Shown here one piece after another: positions 9,538-19,361 of a DNA stretch of 32,000 bases. The position numbers and the translations under genes were made by a program. The stretch is from positions 870,001 through 902,000 of the forward strand of contig NC_004459.3 of assembly GCF_000039765.1 (NCBI RefSeq), read 5' to 3'. The first letter of the stretch is position 1, and the number at the start of each line of letters is the position of its first letter. This DNA is from Vibrio vulnificus CMCP6. GTDB lineage: Bacteria; Pseudomonadota; Gammaproteobacteria; Enterobacterales; Vibrionaceae. The notes under the pieces were generated by a model. That model did not search any database and was not told where the DNA came from. It saw nothing but the letters and a program-made list of their open reading frames with translations.

Positions 9538-10231
9538 TGTTGCCTGCTCCACCACTATTGTTTTGCCCGGAGTCTTCGCTACCTGACGCTTGTTTTTGCA
9601 AATTCCCCTCTGGAGTGAGGTAGGTTCGCGCGATCTTTCCGTAATCTTTCAACGTCAGCTCTACCGAGATCGCCGCCGGCAAGGTCAACTCGTTGCTCCA
9701 CTCATTACTCCACTGTTTGCCGTCATAAAAACGCACATTAAGCTCTTCCACATCACTGAGTAACGGAGTCACGACCCCTTCTTGCCCTGCTGGGGTATCT
9801 GGGTAACGCCACCATACTCGCTCTAAACGCTCATCTTTGATGCGATAACCCACTTTGGTGACCTCCCCGCGAGGGAATTGCTGCTGCGGATTGTGCCAAC
9901 CTAAACGCGCGAACATGATGCCTTTGCTGTCTGAATCTAAGAGGTAATCCGCCCAATGCAGCAGTTTTTTGCTCGGCTCTTCGCCGTTGGTGCGTGTTTG
10001 ACGCAGCGCTATCTGGCGAAAATCGCTGTCCATCATCACCAAGGCACGTTGCAATTCATTCAATCGTACGGTGCGCTCTTGTGATAACTCATTGCTGCGT
10101 TGCACCTGATTGACCACCTGATACGCGGCCACACTTAAGGTGGCAAAAATGGCAATCGACACCAACACTTCGATGAGGGTAAAACCACGTTGGCGCGTGT
10201 TTCTCTTTCGACACGTTTTATTTCGCCACAT
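9530..10231 (-). CDS. epsJ: Type II secretion minor pseudopilin J
   Basis: Prepilin-type leader and cleavage motif [16 protein letters not shown]. GspJ-like body. Confidence 0.85.
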   Translation of the reverse strand: MWRNKTCRKRNTRQRGFTLIEVLVSIAIFATLSVAAYQVVNQVQRSNELSQERTVRLNELQRALVMMDSDFRQIALRQTRTNGEEPSKKLLHWADYLLDSDSKGIMFARLGWHNPQQQFPRGEVTKVGYRIKDERLERVWWRYPDTPAGQEGVVTPLLSDVEELNVRFYDGKQWSNEWSNELTLPAAISVELTLKDYGKIARTYLTPEGNLQKQASGSEDSGQNNSGGAGNNG

Positions 10232-10580
10232 AGCTTCTCACCGTAATCATTGGGCTGGCCTGCTTTTCTGCTGCCACACTCACATCAAACGCTTTCAGCA
10301 GCGGTTGAGTCGTGGCTACAGGAGCCACTTTCCAATACCACGTTTGCCCCGCTAACTCTTCTTCACCGTTGCTGGCTTTTAGATTTTTGGGGTTGAGCAT
10401 CACCATCGCCATTTGATTGTCTGCCACCATGGCAGCAAACATCTTCTGCTCCAAATAACCGACGGTGTTGATGTGCTGGCTAACGGCACGGATCACGCTC
10501 ATCGCCGCAGTGGCAAATATCGCCAACGCCACCAGCACCTCAAGCAAGGTCATGCCTGCGTATTTGCGTCGTCTAACCAT
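10218..10580 (-). CDS. epsI: Type II secretion minor pseudopilin I
   Basis: MVRRRKYAG/MTLLEVLVALAIF prepilin motif. 120 aa from ATG 10580, which overlaps the epsH stop by 8 nt (ATGGTTAG). The ORF-track start at 10652 is rejected. Confidence 0.85.
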   Translation of the reverse strand: MVRRRKYAGMTLLEVLVALAIFATAAMSVIRAVSQHINTVGYLEQKMFAAMVADNQMAMVMLNPKNLKASNGEEELAGQTWYWKVAPVATTQPLLKAFDVSVAAEKQASPMITVRSYVAK

Positions 10581-11175
10581 CGTCTTGCTCTTCTTCACCG
10601 GGAGCCAGCAGAATAATCTGCCCTGTGTCTTTGGCTCGTACTCGCCAACCATTTTCGGTCGCGTCCTGATCGTTGGGATAAAAAGACAATGAAAACGGCG
10701 TCAATTCTCCGCTGGATAAAATGAAAATCTGCGGCGGTCGCTGTTTTTTCTCTTTTTCTTCTTCGGCAAACATCTCTTCATCAAACAGAGAGCCCGGCTT
10801 GAACAGGCGATCGTCTTGCTGCCATGCCCCTCCCCCTAAGGTCAGTTGCATCGCTACTTCATCTTCAAGCTCGGTGGTGGCGGGGATTTTATTCAACTCC
10901 AACGTCTGCCAGCCATCGGCTTCCAATTTGAGTAAGGTGTAGCGTGATTTTTCTTCCTCGACCCGAACACCAAAGTCTTTACCACTGAGCACCGCCTCTT
11001 CGTTGAGGAGCTGTAATCGTTGGTAAAAACTCTGCGCGTATTTCTTGCCCCGCTCGTCACTGCGAGTGGGAAGGGTGGCGATAACCGCCACCGCAGTCAG
11101 AGACAACAACACCAGCACCAACAGAATTTCGATCAGTGTAAAACCCGCTAAGCGAGATGAAAAAGGTGGTTTCAA
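10573..11175 (-). CDS. epsH: Type II secretion minor pseudopilin H
   Basis: Prepilin motif LAG/FTLIEILLVLVLL. There is no ATG between the epsG stop and the motif. TTG at 11175 (SD gaagagg 7 nt upstream) gives a normal short leader, MKPPFSSRLAG. The ORF-track ATG at 11277 would overlap epsG by 74 nt. Confidence 0.75.
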   Translation of the reverse strand: MKPPFSSRLAGFTLIEILLVLVLLSLTAVAVIATLPTRSDERGKKYAQSFYQRLQLLNEEAVLSGKDFGVRVEEEKSRYTLLKLEADGWQTLELNKIPATTELEDEVAMQLTLGGGAWQQDDRLFKPGSLFDEEMFAEEEKEKKQRPPQIFILSSGELTPFSLSFYPNDQDATENGWRVRAKDTGQIILLAPGEEEQDDG

Positions 11176-11203
11176 GTGGTTGCCTCTTCGACTCAACGTC
11201 CTG

Positions 11204-11647
11204 TTATTGGAAGTCTTGCATGTTCCAGTTGCCAATATCTGCCGCTGCGCCTTCACCGCCTTCTTGACCATCTGCACCTAAGGTGAAGATATCAATCGTG
11301 CCTTTGTCGCCAGGGCTCATGTATTGGTACTCGTTACCCCAAGGGTCTTTTGGCAGACGCTTGATGTAACCGCCATTACGGTAGTTGCGTGGCTCTGGGC
11401 TGCTTGGCTTAGTCACCAACGCTTCCAAACCTTGATCGGTGGTTGGATACACGCTGTTGTCTAATTTGTACATGTCCAGCGCATTTTCCAACGCGACGAT
11501 GTCGGTAATGGCTTTTTGCTGGTCAGCCTTTTCTTTGTTACCTAGCAGGTTAGGGACAACGAAACTGGCCAGAATGCCCAGAATCACCACCACAACCATG
11601 ACTTCAAGCAGGGTGAAACCCGCCTGTTTTTTTGCTTTATTTTGCAT
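11204..11647 (-). CDS. epsG: Type II secretion major pseudopilin G
   Basis: MQNKAKKQAG/FTLLEVMVVVVILGILASFVVPNLLGNKEKADQQKA is very close to V. cholerae EpsG as I recall it. ATG 11647 has a GGAG SD. Confidence 0.92.
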   Translation of the reverse strand: MQNKAKKQAGFTLLEVMVVVVILGILASFVVPNLLGNKEKADQQKAITDIVALENALDMYKLDNSVYPTTDQGLEALVTKPSSPEPRNYRNGGYIKRLPKDPWGNEYQYMSPGDKGTIDIFTLGADGQEGGEGAAADIGNWNMQDFQ

Positions 11648-11700
11648 TGTTTTCTCCAGAATAATGAGGCCGAATGACCAAGCCACTCAGCACCCCAAAA

Positions 11701-12918
11701 TCAGCCACTCATTAAATTATTCATTTCCAGCATCGGCATCAGTGTCGCCATCACAATGAACAACACCAATCCCGCCATTAGCGCAATCAACGCTGGGGTA
11801 AAAATACCCAACGCGATATTGACCGTCGATTCAAAACTTTGATCTTGGTTGTCCGCGGCACGCGTCAGCATGCTTTCCAACTCACCACTTTGTTCTCCAC
11901 TGGCAATCATGTGCAACATCATTGGTGGAAAAAGGCGAGTTTGATCCAAAGCTTTACGCAGACTGGCCCCTTCACGCACACTGTCTGCCGCCAATAAGAC
12001 CTGTTGTTTGACGAATTGGTTCGACATCACATCGACCGCCACACGCATCCCTTCCAAAATGGGAATCGCACTGGAGGTACAAATGGATAAGGTGCGAGCA
12101 AATCGAGCGGTGTTCAACCCTTTCGAGATTTTGCCCAGTAGCGGCAGGCTCAGTATGCGGCGATCCCACGCCATGCGAACATTGGGCTTTTTCAAGGCCG
12201 TTTTGAGTAGGTAAATGGCAAACACGATGCTTCCCAACAGCAATAATCCCCACTCTTGAACAAACTCACTCGCCGCCAATAAAAATTGCGTCGACTGTGG
12301 CAGCTCTTGACCCATTTGGATGATCGGCTCGACGATTTTGGGTACCACTGTGGCGAGCAAAAACGCCACAATCGTGACAGCAAACACCACCAATACCACC
12401 GGGTAAATCATCGCTTGCAGTAACTTAGAACGCATCTTCTGGCGATTTTCACAGTAATCGGCCAAGCGCTCTAACACCGCATCCAAATGACCCGATTTTT
12501 CCCCTGCCGCCACCATAGAGCGATACAGTTCATCAAAAATATGCGGGTAGTCTGACAGGCTGTCTGCCAAGGTGTAACCTTCGGTGACTTTGGCCCGCAC
12601 CGCTGCCAACATACCTCGAATACGAGGCTTCTCTGCTTGATCGGATACCGCTTTGAGACACTCCTCCAGCGGCATACCCGATTGCACCAGGGTCGAGATC
12701 TGACGAGTAATCAACGACAGTTCGGGAGTGGAAATGCCCCGCTTAAAGCCACCTGACGATTTGCTTTTGGCCAACTTGGCTTTGGTTTCCATCACCTCGA
12801 TGGGCACCATGCCTTGCTCTTTCAAGCGTTGGCGTACTTGGCGGGCATTGTCGCCTTCCAAGGTGCCTTTTTTGGTGCGCCCTTTTGCGTCGAGCGCTTT
12901 GTATTCAAACGCCGCCAT
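11701..12918 (-). CDS. epsF: Type II secretion inner-membrane platform protein F
   Basis: [18 protein letters not shown]... is a GspF-type N-terminus. 405 aa with three hydrophobic segments. Its ATG overlaps the epsE stop by 1 nt (TAATG). Confidence 0.92.
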   Translation of the reverse strand: MAAFEYKALDAKGRTKKGTLEGDNARQVRQRLKEQGMVPIEVMETKAKLAKSKSSGGFKRGISTPELSLITRQISTLVQSGMPLEECLKAVSDQAEKPRIRGMLAAVRAKVTEGYTLADSLSDYPHIFDELYRSMVAAGEKSGHLDAVLERLADYCENRQKMRSKLLQAMIYPVVLVVFAVTIVAFLLATVVPKIVEPIIQMGQELPQSTQFLLAASEFVQEWGLLLLGSIVFAIYLLKTALKKPNVRMAWDRRILSLPLLGKISKGLNTARFARTLSICTSSAIPILEGMRVAVDVMSNQFVKQQVLLAADSVREGASLRKALDQTRLFPPMMLHMIASGEQSGELESMLTRAADNQDQSFESTVNIALGIFTPALIALMAGLVLFIVMATLMPMLEMNNLMSG

Positions 12919-14417
12919 TAAGATTCCTTGGTCACGCGCATCACTTCTTCCAGTGACGTCACGCCTTGCAACACTTTGTCTAAACCGTCGCTGCGAATGC
13001 TCGGGGTATGTTCACGAATGTATTTGTCCATCGCCTGCTCTCCCGCTTCAGCATGGATCAGCTCTTGAACTTTATCGTCCACCATCAACAGCTCATGGAT
13101 ACCGGTACGGCCACGATAACCTTTGTGGTTACATTTTTCACATCCCTTGGCACGATATAAGGTCAGCGCATCTTTCTTCTTCGCGCCAAACAGTTTGCGC
13201 TGCTCTTTGTCCGCCTCGTACGGTTCTTTACAGTCTTGGCATAAAGTCCGTACCAGGCGCTGAGCCAGCACGCCCAGCAGTGAAGAAGAGATCAAAAAGG
13301 GCTCAATGCCCATGTCACGCAGACGGGTAATTGCACCTACGGCGGTGTTGGTGTGCAAGGTTGACATCACCAAGTGACCGGTCAATGACGCTTGTACGGC
13401 AATTTGCGCGGTTTCCAAGTCACGAATTTCCCCGACCATCACCACGTCTGGGTCTTGACGCAAAATGGCTCGCAGACCACGAGCAAAGGTCATGTCGACT
13501 TTTGGGTTCACTTGGGTTTGGCCGATACCATCAATATCAAATTCGATCGGGTCTTCCACCGTTAAGATGTTGCGCTCGTTGCTGTTCAGCTCTTGCAGGC
13601 CAGCGTACAAGGTGGTGGATTTACCCGAACCCGTTGGACCTGTGACCAAGATAATGCCGTGAGGACGCGAGATAAGATGACGGAAATTGTCGTGGTTCAC
13701 CGGTGTCATGCCTAGGCTATGCAGGTCAAGACGAGTGGCGTTTTTATCCAGCAAACGCATCACCACACGCTCGCCGTGTGATGAAGGCATGGTCGATACA
13801 CGCACATCGACAGCGCGACCACCGATACGCAGTGAAATACGGCCATCTTGTGGCACACGTTTTTCTGCAATATCCAGTTTGGCCATAACTTTAACACGTG
13901 ACACCAACAGCGGCGCCAGTTTGCGACTCGGAGACAGTACATCGCGCAAAACGCCATCGACGCGGAAACGAATCGACAGAATTTTCTCGAACGTTTCGAT
14001 GTGAATATCCGACGCCCCTTCTTTGATCGCTTCGCCCAACATGGCGTTGATCAATTTGATGATCGGCGCATCGTCTTCCGTTTCGAGCAAATCTTCATCT
14101 TGCGGCAACTCTTCAGCCAAAGAGAAGAAGTCATCATCCGAGCCAATGTCCTCCATCAGCTGACGCGCTTCTGACGAGTCGCGTTGGTACGCTTCGGTCA
14201 GTTTTTTTTCAAACGCTTCAGCGGCAATGGCTTGAGGGACAAACGTCTGTTTGAGCACACGACGCACTTCAACTAACGCCTGCGCATTGAGAGGCTCAAC
14301 GTAGTAAAGTACCGGCGGCCTTTCTGGGTGCTCGACTTCCAGCACCATTTTAAAGCGGTTAGCAAAACTAAACGGTAAACGGCGATACGATGGCGCCGTA
14401 TCCAGTATATCTACCAT
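12918..14417 (-). CDS. epsE: Type II secretion ATPase E
   Basis: [17 protein letters not shown]-terminus, Walker [10 protein letters not shown], and the tetracysteine motif CQDC...CEKC. Its ATG overlaps the epsD stop by 1 nt (TAATG). Confidence 0.95.
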
Positions 14418-16438
14418 TACTGCTGTTCCATTTGATCGATAAAGGCTTGAATTTCAGCCGGATGGCGTTTGTCTTCACCAAATTTCGGCAACACAGGAAT
14501 GTGGCCATCATCCATCAATTTAAGGCCCTGATCCGCTTTGTAAAGCTGTTCGGCGCGAATGTAGTTGTACTTACGCTGGGTAATACCATCGGCCGTCATG
14601 CCATCACGAATGATAGTTGGCTTGATGAACACCATCAGGTTTTTCTTTTCAACTTGAGTATTGGTTGATTTAAACAAATGCCCCAGCACGGGAATATCCC
14701 CTAGCAGTGGCACTTTTGATTCACTCTCTAGCGCACGTTCATCAATCAAGCCGCCGAGCACCAACATTTGGCCATCTTGCACAATCACCGAGGTATTGAG
14801 CTGACGCTTAGCAAAACGTACGTCCACCGCGCCATTGGCACCCAAAACGTTTGACACTTCCTGTTCAATATTCAGTTGAACCGAGTCGCCTTCGTTAATT
14901 TGTGGCACCACTTTAAGCTTGATGCCCACTTCTTTGCGGTCAACGGTTTGGAATGGGTTGTCGTTATTGGACCCCGCTGTGGAGCCTGTGATGACCGGTA
15001 CTTCTTCACCCACAATAAATGAGGCTTCACCGTTATCCATTACGGTAATACTTGGGGAAGACAGGATATTTGAGTTGGAATCACTCGATACCGCGCTAAT
15101 CAACGCCGTCCAGTCACCCATCACGACACTGAGGGCCGCGCCATTGACCTTAGACAATGCAGAAGCCAGTGTTGAATAGTCCCCTTTTTCAGTGTACTGA
15201 CGATCCACCCACTGATTTTTATCTGGATCCCAACGGCTTTCAGTCTTAGTTGTATCCTTTGCTTCCTCTAGACCAATCATTACTTGGCCAATCGATGCCC
15301 CTGTATTACTGTACTGGATCATCGCACCCGTTTCCAGGTTACCCCATTGCACACCCAAGTTCACACCATCGCCCTCTGCCATTTCGACAATCAAGGCTTC
15401 AATCAGCACTTGTGCACGGCGAATATCTAACTGGGTAATCACATCTTGCAGCGCCAACATAATATCGGGTGGCGCAGTCAATACCAGTGAGTTGGTGCCT
15501 TGATGCGCGGCGATCACCACATCGTTGCGCTGTGAAGACGCGCCCTTTTGACCAGAGTTTTTCTCTGCTTGTAAGTTGTCTGAGACCCCTTTCAATACGT
15601 CGACTAAGTCTTCCGCTTTGGCGTACTTGAGGTAAACAACACGGTTGTTGCCTTTGCTCGCCATTTCCACATCAAGTTGGCGAATCAAACGCTTCAAGCG
15701 ATCACGCACTTTGGGATCACCCGAAATCAAAATCGAGTTGGTGCGCTCATCGGCCACCAATTTTGGCTGCAAAAATTCTGGGGTGTTTTTCGCATCGGTA
15801 GTGCGGTTTAGCGCATCAACAATACGGACCATTTCCGCCGCCGACGCATTACCTAGCTCTACCACTTCGATTTCGGTATCGCCCGCTTGGTCCACACGTT
15901 TGATGATTTCTGCCAAACGATTCACCACCGCTGCACGGCCCGTGATCAAGATGATATTGGCCGGATCATAGTGCACCACGTTACCAGCGCCCGCATTATC
16001 AATCAGTTGGCGTAGCAAAGGAGACAGCTCTCGCACGGAGACATTGCGCACCGCAACCACGCGTGTAATGACATTGTCGCCCTTCACGGTGTCATCACTG
16101 ACCACGGGAATGGCGGAGGTTTTGGAATCTTTGGATTTGACGACTTTCAGTACGCCATTTTCCATTTCAACCACCGCGTAGCCATACACTTCAAGTACGT
16201 TTAGGAAAAAGCTGTAGTACTGCTCTTCATTTAATACGTCGTAGCTGCGTACATCAATTTTGCCTCGCACCGAAGGGTCGACAATGATGGTCTTTTCTAA
16301 GTTTCGACCGACAATATTGATGAACTCTTGAATATCGGTGCCTTTAAAGCTTGCACTAAACTCGTTTGCCAGCACGCCGCTTGAGCAGGCTAAGGTACCT
16401 GCGAGTAACCAAGCGCTTTTGCTAAACCAATGTTTCAC
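14417..16438 (-). CDS. epsD: Type II secretion secretin D
   Basis: 673 aa with a signal peptide, N-domains and a secretin C-domain ([16 protein letters not shown]). GTG start with SD gggag. Confidence 0.95.
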   Translation of the reverse strand: MKHWFSKSAWLLAGTLACSSGVLANEFSASFKGTDIQEFINIVGRNLEKTIIVDPSVRGKIDVRSYDVLNEEQYYSFFLNVLEVYGYAVVEMENGVLKVVKSKDSKTSAIPVVSDDTVKGDNVITRVVAVRNVSVRELSPLLRQLIDNAGAGNVVHYDPANIILITGRAAVVNRLAEIIKRVDQAGDTEIEVVELGNASAAEMVRIVDALNRTTDAKNTPEFLQPKLVADERTNSILISGDPKVRDRLKRLIRQLDVEMASKGNNRVVYLKYAKAEDLVDVLKGVSDNLQAEKNSGQKGASSQRNDVVIAAHQGTNSLVLTAPPDIMLALQDVITQLDIRRAQVLIEALIVEMAEGDGVNLGVQWGNLETGAMIQYSNTGASIGQVMIGLEEAKDTTKTESRWDPDKNQWVDRQYTEKGDYSTLASALSKVNGAALSVVMGDWTALISAVSSDSNSNILSSPSITVMDNGEASFIVGEEVPVITGSTAGSNNDNPFQTVDRKEVGIKLKVVPQINEGDSVQLNIEQEVSNVLGANGAVDVRFAKRQLNTSVIVQDGQMLVLGGLIDERALESESKVPLLGDIPVLGHLFKSTNTQVEKKNLMVFIKPTIIRDGMTADGITQRKYNYIRAEQLYKADQGLKLMDDGHIPVLPKFGEDKRHPAEIQAFIDQMEQQ

Positions 16439-16474
16439 GTTTATCTCCCTGAACTTACGCTTTGAGCCTAAGTG

Positions 16475-17404
16475 TTAAAACTGGATGTAAATATCATGCT
16501 GCTGTCCGTCTCGTTCCACCGTGAGGTTCAACTCGGTGAGCTCTGAAACAGCATTAAAAATTTTGCCCATGGCGGCTGGGTCGGTGAGATCATTGCCATT
16601 TAACTGCACAGCAATGTCCCCATCTTGTAACCCAACGGCTTCAAACAGTTGTGGGCTTTTTCCCGGACTCACGCGATAACCAATCACTTTGTCTTCTTGC
16701 TTCACTTGAGACAAACGCACGTATTGGAAAATCTTCTGCGGATCGGCGGTAATTTCTTCTCGAATTTGCGCTAGCTGCTCATCCGTATCTGGCGGGTTAT
16801 TCTTAGCGATCGTCGATGACGGAATGACACGCGGAGTAGATTCAGACAATTTCTTGTATTCCACGCCTTCAAGCATCAGGGTCTCGTCACGCCCTTCATT
16901 ATCGATGATCACACGATCAACCAGAACTGCTTTTAACTTAGCGCGAGTGCCTTCGATTTCTTCCCCAACCCCGTAGGTTGCTTGCTGACCACGGTTGGCG
17001 ATAACGGCCAAGCTGGTTTGAGGATTGCTGCTCGCCACCGCCCCAACTAACACCAAATTTAGCCGCGTTTTAGGCGCGTCTTGCACCACCGGCTGGCTGA
17101 CAACAGGCTTAGGTTTATTCTCGTTGTAAACCCCAAACAAATTGATGGCTTGCAGATCGGCGAGGTTTAATCGCTCACCTTGTTTACCTTGTGCGTTTTG
17201 CTGCGGTGCAGGTCGCCAAGCGACGATCTGCGTATTGCTCTCTTGTGTTAGCCAGACGACTTGCCCTAAAGTCCAGCCTGTCAAAGCCACCAGCACGCCT
17301 GCTAATAAAGCACTCGCTCGACTCTGAATCATGCCGTTGTTAGCAATCATCCGCGTCAGCAATGGGCTATTGGCCAATCCGGCACTCAGCTCTGATGGTT
17401 TCAC
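16475..17404 (-). CDS. epsC: Type II secretion protein C
   Basis: First gene of the operon. N-terminal TM helix (LLAGVLVALTGWTLGQVVWL), an HR domain and a C-terminal PDZ-like domain (VSPGKSPQLFEAVGLQDGDIAVQLNG). GTG start with SD aagga; the exact start is uncertain. Confidence 0.85.
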   Translation of the reverse strand: MKPSELSAGLANSPLLTRMIANNGMIQSRASALLAGVLVALTGWTLGQVVWLTQESNTQIVAWRPAPQQNAQGKQGERLNLADLQAINLFGVYNENKPKPVVSQPVVQDAPKTRLNLVLVGAVASSNPQTSLAVIANRGQQATYGVGEEIEGTRAKLKAVLVDRVIIDNEGRDETLMLEGVEYKKLSESTPRVIPSSTIAKNNPPDTDEQLAQIREEITADPQKIFQYVRLSQVKQEDKVIGYRVSPGKSPQLFEAVGLQDGDIAVQLNGNDLTDPAAMGKIFNAVSELTELNLTVERDGQQHDIYIQF

Positions 17405-17652
17405 TCAATCGGTTCCTTTCACTGTTTAAATTTTGCGCTTTCACTTTCTTTGCTTGAACGCACTGCGATTTATCTTTCTTTATTCGACTGAAGATAATCG
17501 CTCGCACTTTTCCTGATCAAGGTGGAAAAATGCTCTCCTAAAACAGCACGTTATGCTGTTGTTGCGTCGATAAATCTCGCTTCGACACAGAGCTTTGCAC
17601 TATATCACAGCTTGCTTGTGACACGCCTCTCTGATTCCGATTTTGCCAACTG

Positions 17653-17683
17653 CCTTGAAAAATTTGCGGTAAGTCACCATTGT
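17653..17683 (+). promoter_or_regulatory. Candidate sigma-32 (heat-shock) promoter for hslR-hslO
   Basis: cCTTGAAa at 17654-17659, a 15-nt spacer, then CACCATtg at 17675-17682. The E. coli sigma-32 consensus is CTTGAA-N13-15-CCCCATNT. It lies about 45 nt upstream of the hslR start. E. coli hslRO is a heat-shock operon. Confidence 0.55.
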
Positions 17684-17728
17684 AAAGTGCAAGATTCAAT
17701 CATTCACAGCAGTGATTAGAGAGTAAAA

Positions 17729-18121
17729 GTGACCATGAGTTCCCCAAATGAAGCCGTTAGGCTCGATAAATGGCTGTGGGCTGCAAGATTTTACAAAACC
17801 CGTTCAATCGCTCGCGATATGGTCGATGGCGGTAAAGTCCACTATAATGGCCAACGTGCAAAGCCCAGTAAGATTGTCGAAGTGGGCGCGGTATTGAAAC
17901 TTCGCCAAGGCAATGAAGAAAAAACGGTTGTGATAGAAAAGCTATCCACTCAGCGACGTGGCGCACCAGAAGCACAAACGCTCTATAGCGAAACGCAAGA
18001 GAGCCAAGCAAAGCGAGAAGCACAAGCAATGCAACGTAAACTCAACGCGCATAACCCAAGTCCAGATCGCCGCCCAGATAAAAAGCAGCGCCGCGACATT
18101 ATCAAATTTAAACACCAGTAA
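17729..18121 (+). CDS. hslR: Ribosome-associated heat shock protein Hsp15 (S4 domain)
   Basis: RLDKWLWAARFYKTRSIARDMVDGGKVHYNGQRAKPS is the S4 RNA-binding domain, followed by a basic C-terminal tail. The start is either GTG 17729 or ATG 17735. Confidence 0.88.
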   Translation: MTMSSPNEAVRLDKWLWAARFYKTRSIARDMVDGGKVHYNGQRAKPSKIVEVGAVLKLRQGNEEKTVVIEKLSTQRRGAPEAQTLYSETQESQAKREAQAMQRKLNAHNPSPDRRPDKKQRRDIIKFKHQ

Positions 18122-18152
18122 AAGCCGGAAAATACCTACGAGGAATCGCTAA

Positions 18153-19028
18153 ATGGCAAGCAATGTTTTGAATCGCTACTTATTTGAAGATCTTTCAGTA
18201 CGTGGCGAGTTGGTACAACTGGATGAAGCGTATCAGCGAATTATTTCTAGCAAGGATTATCCGGCAGCCCTACAAAAACTGCTTGGTGAGCTATTGGTTT
18301 CTACCACTCTTCTGACTGCAACTTTAAAGTTTGAAGGCTCAATCACGATTCAGCTACAAGGTGATGGCCCTGTTTCACTGGCTGTGATCAATGGTGACAA
18401 TGAGCAGAAAATCCGCGGTGTGGCTCGCTGGGAAGGCCATATTGCCGACGACGCGACCCTACACGATATGATGGGCAAAGGTTATATGGTCATCACCATC
18501 GAACCGAAAAAAGGCGAGCGTTACCAAGGTATCGTTGGCCTAGAAGGTGACAACCTTGAGCAAGTTCTGGAAGGCTATTTTGAACGCTCTGAGCAGTTGA
18601 AAACCCGCATCTGGATCCGTACGGGCGAGCACGAAGGCAAAGCACACGCAGCGGGTATGCTGATTCAAGTCATGCCTGACGGTACTGGTTCAGAAAATGA
18701 TTTTGAGCATCTGGAGCAATTGACCAATACGGTGAAAAACGAAGAGTTGTTCACGCTACCAGCAAACGAGCTACTTTACCGTCTCTACAATCAAGAGCAA
18801 GTGCGTCTGTTTGAACCGCAAAATGTCGAGTTCCGTTGTGGTTGCTCACGTGAACGCAGTGGCGCGGCGATCGTGACCGTCGACAAAAATGAAATTTATG
18901 ACATTTTGGCATCTGATGGATCCGTTTCTTTACATTGTGATTACTGCGGCACGACTTATTCGTTTGATGAATCTGACGTCAACAAGTTGTACGAAGAGGC
19001 AGCATCGGAGCCAAAAACGCTGCATTAA
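18153..19028 (+). CDS. hslO: Redox-regulated chaperone Hsp33
   Basis: 291 aa. C-terminal zinc centre CGCSRER...CDYCG (CXC...CXXC). Immediately downstream of hslR, as in E. coli. Confidence 0.92.
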
Positions 19029-19063
19029 TTTACCCGCTTTACCAAGCACGTAATTTACCCATC

Positions 19064-19091
19064 AAAAGGCCAGCTTATGCTGGCCTTTTTG
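19064..19091 (+). terminator. Rho-independent terminator after hslO
   Basis: aaaaggccagc ttat gctggcctttt followed by tgtg. Confidence 0.85.
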
Positions 19092-19361
19092 TGATCAAAA
19101 CCCGATAAAACATGGGTTTATACGTAATTAAATAACCCCTTAATTTTTGGCAATTAATAATTCTTTTGATCTAGCGCAAAGGTTTGCGTGCGCGATAAAC
19201 TATCTCAGCCAATATGTGACGGGACACCTAAAACCATAGGAAAATTAAGGGTAATTTTTGAACTATATCCCTGTTTTCTCCCCCACCCGTTGTTAGCATG
19301 GTGAGCAGAAAAATTAATAAATTCTTACAAAATCCCTACAAAAATCCTATAAGGAGCACCT

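Noticed and set aside
17522-17719. A 65-aa ORF in the epsC/hslR intergenic region.
   Set aside because: It has a GTG start with no SD and overlaps the probable hslR promoter. The composition is not protein-like. It is most likely non-coding regulatory DNA.
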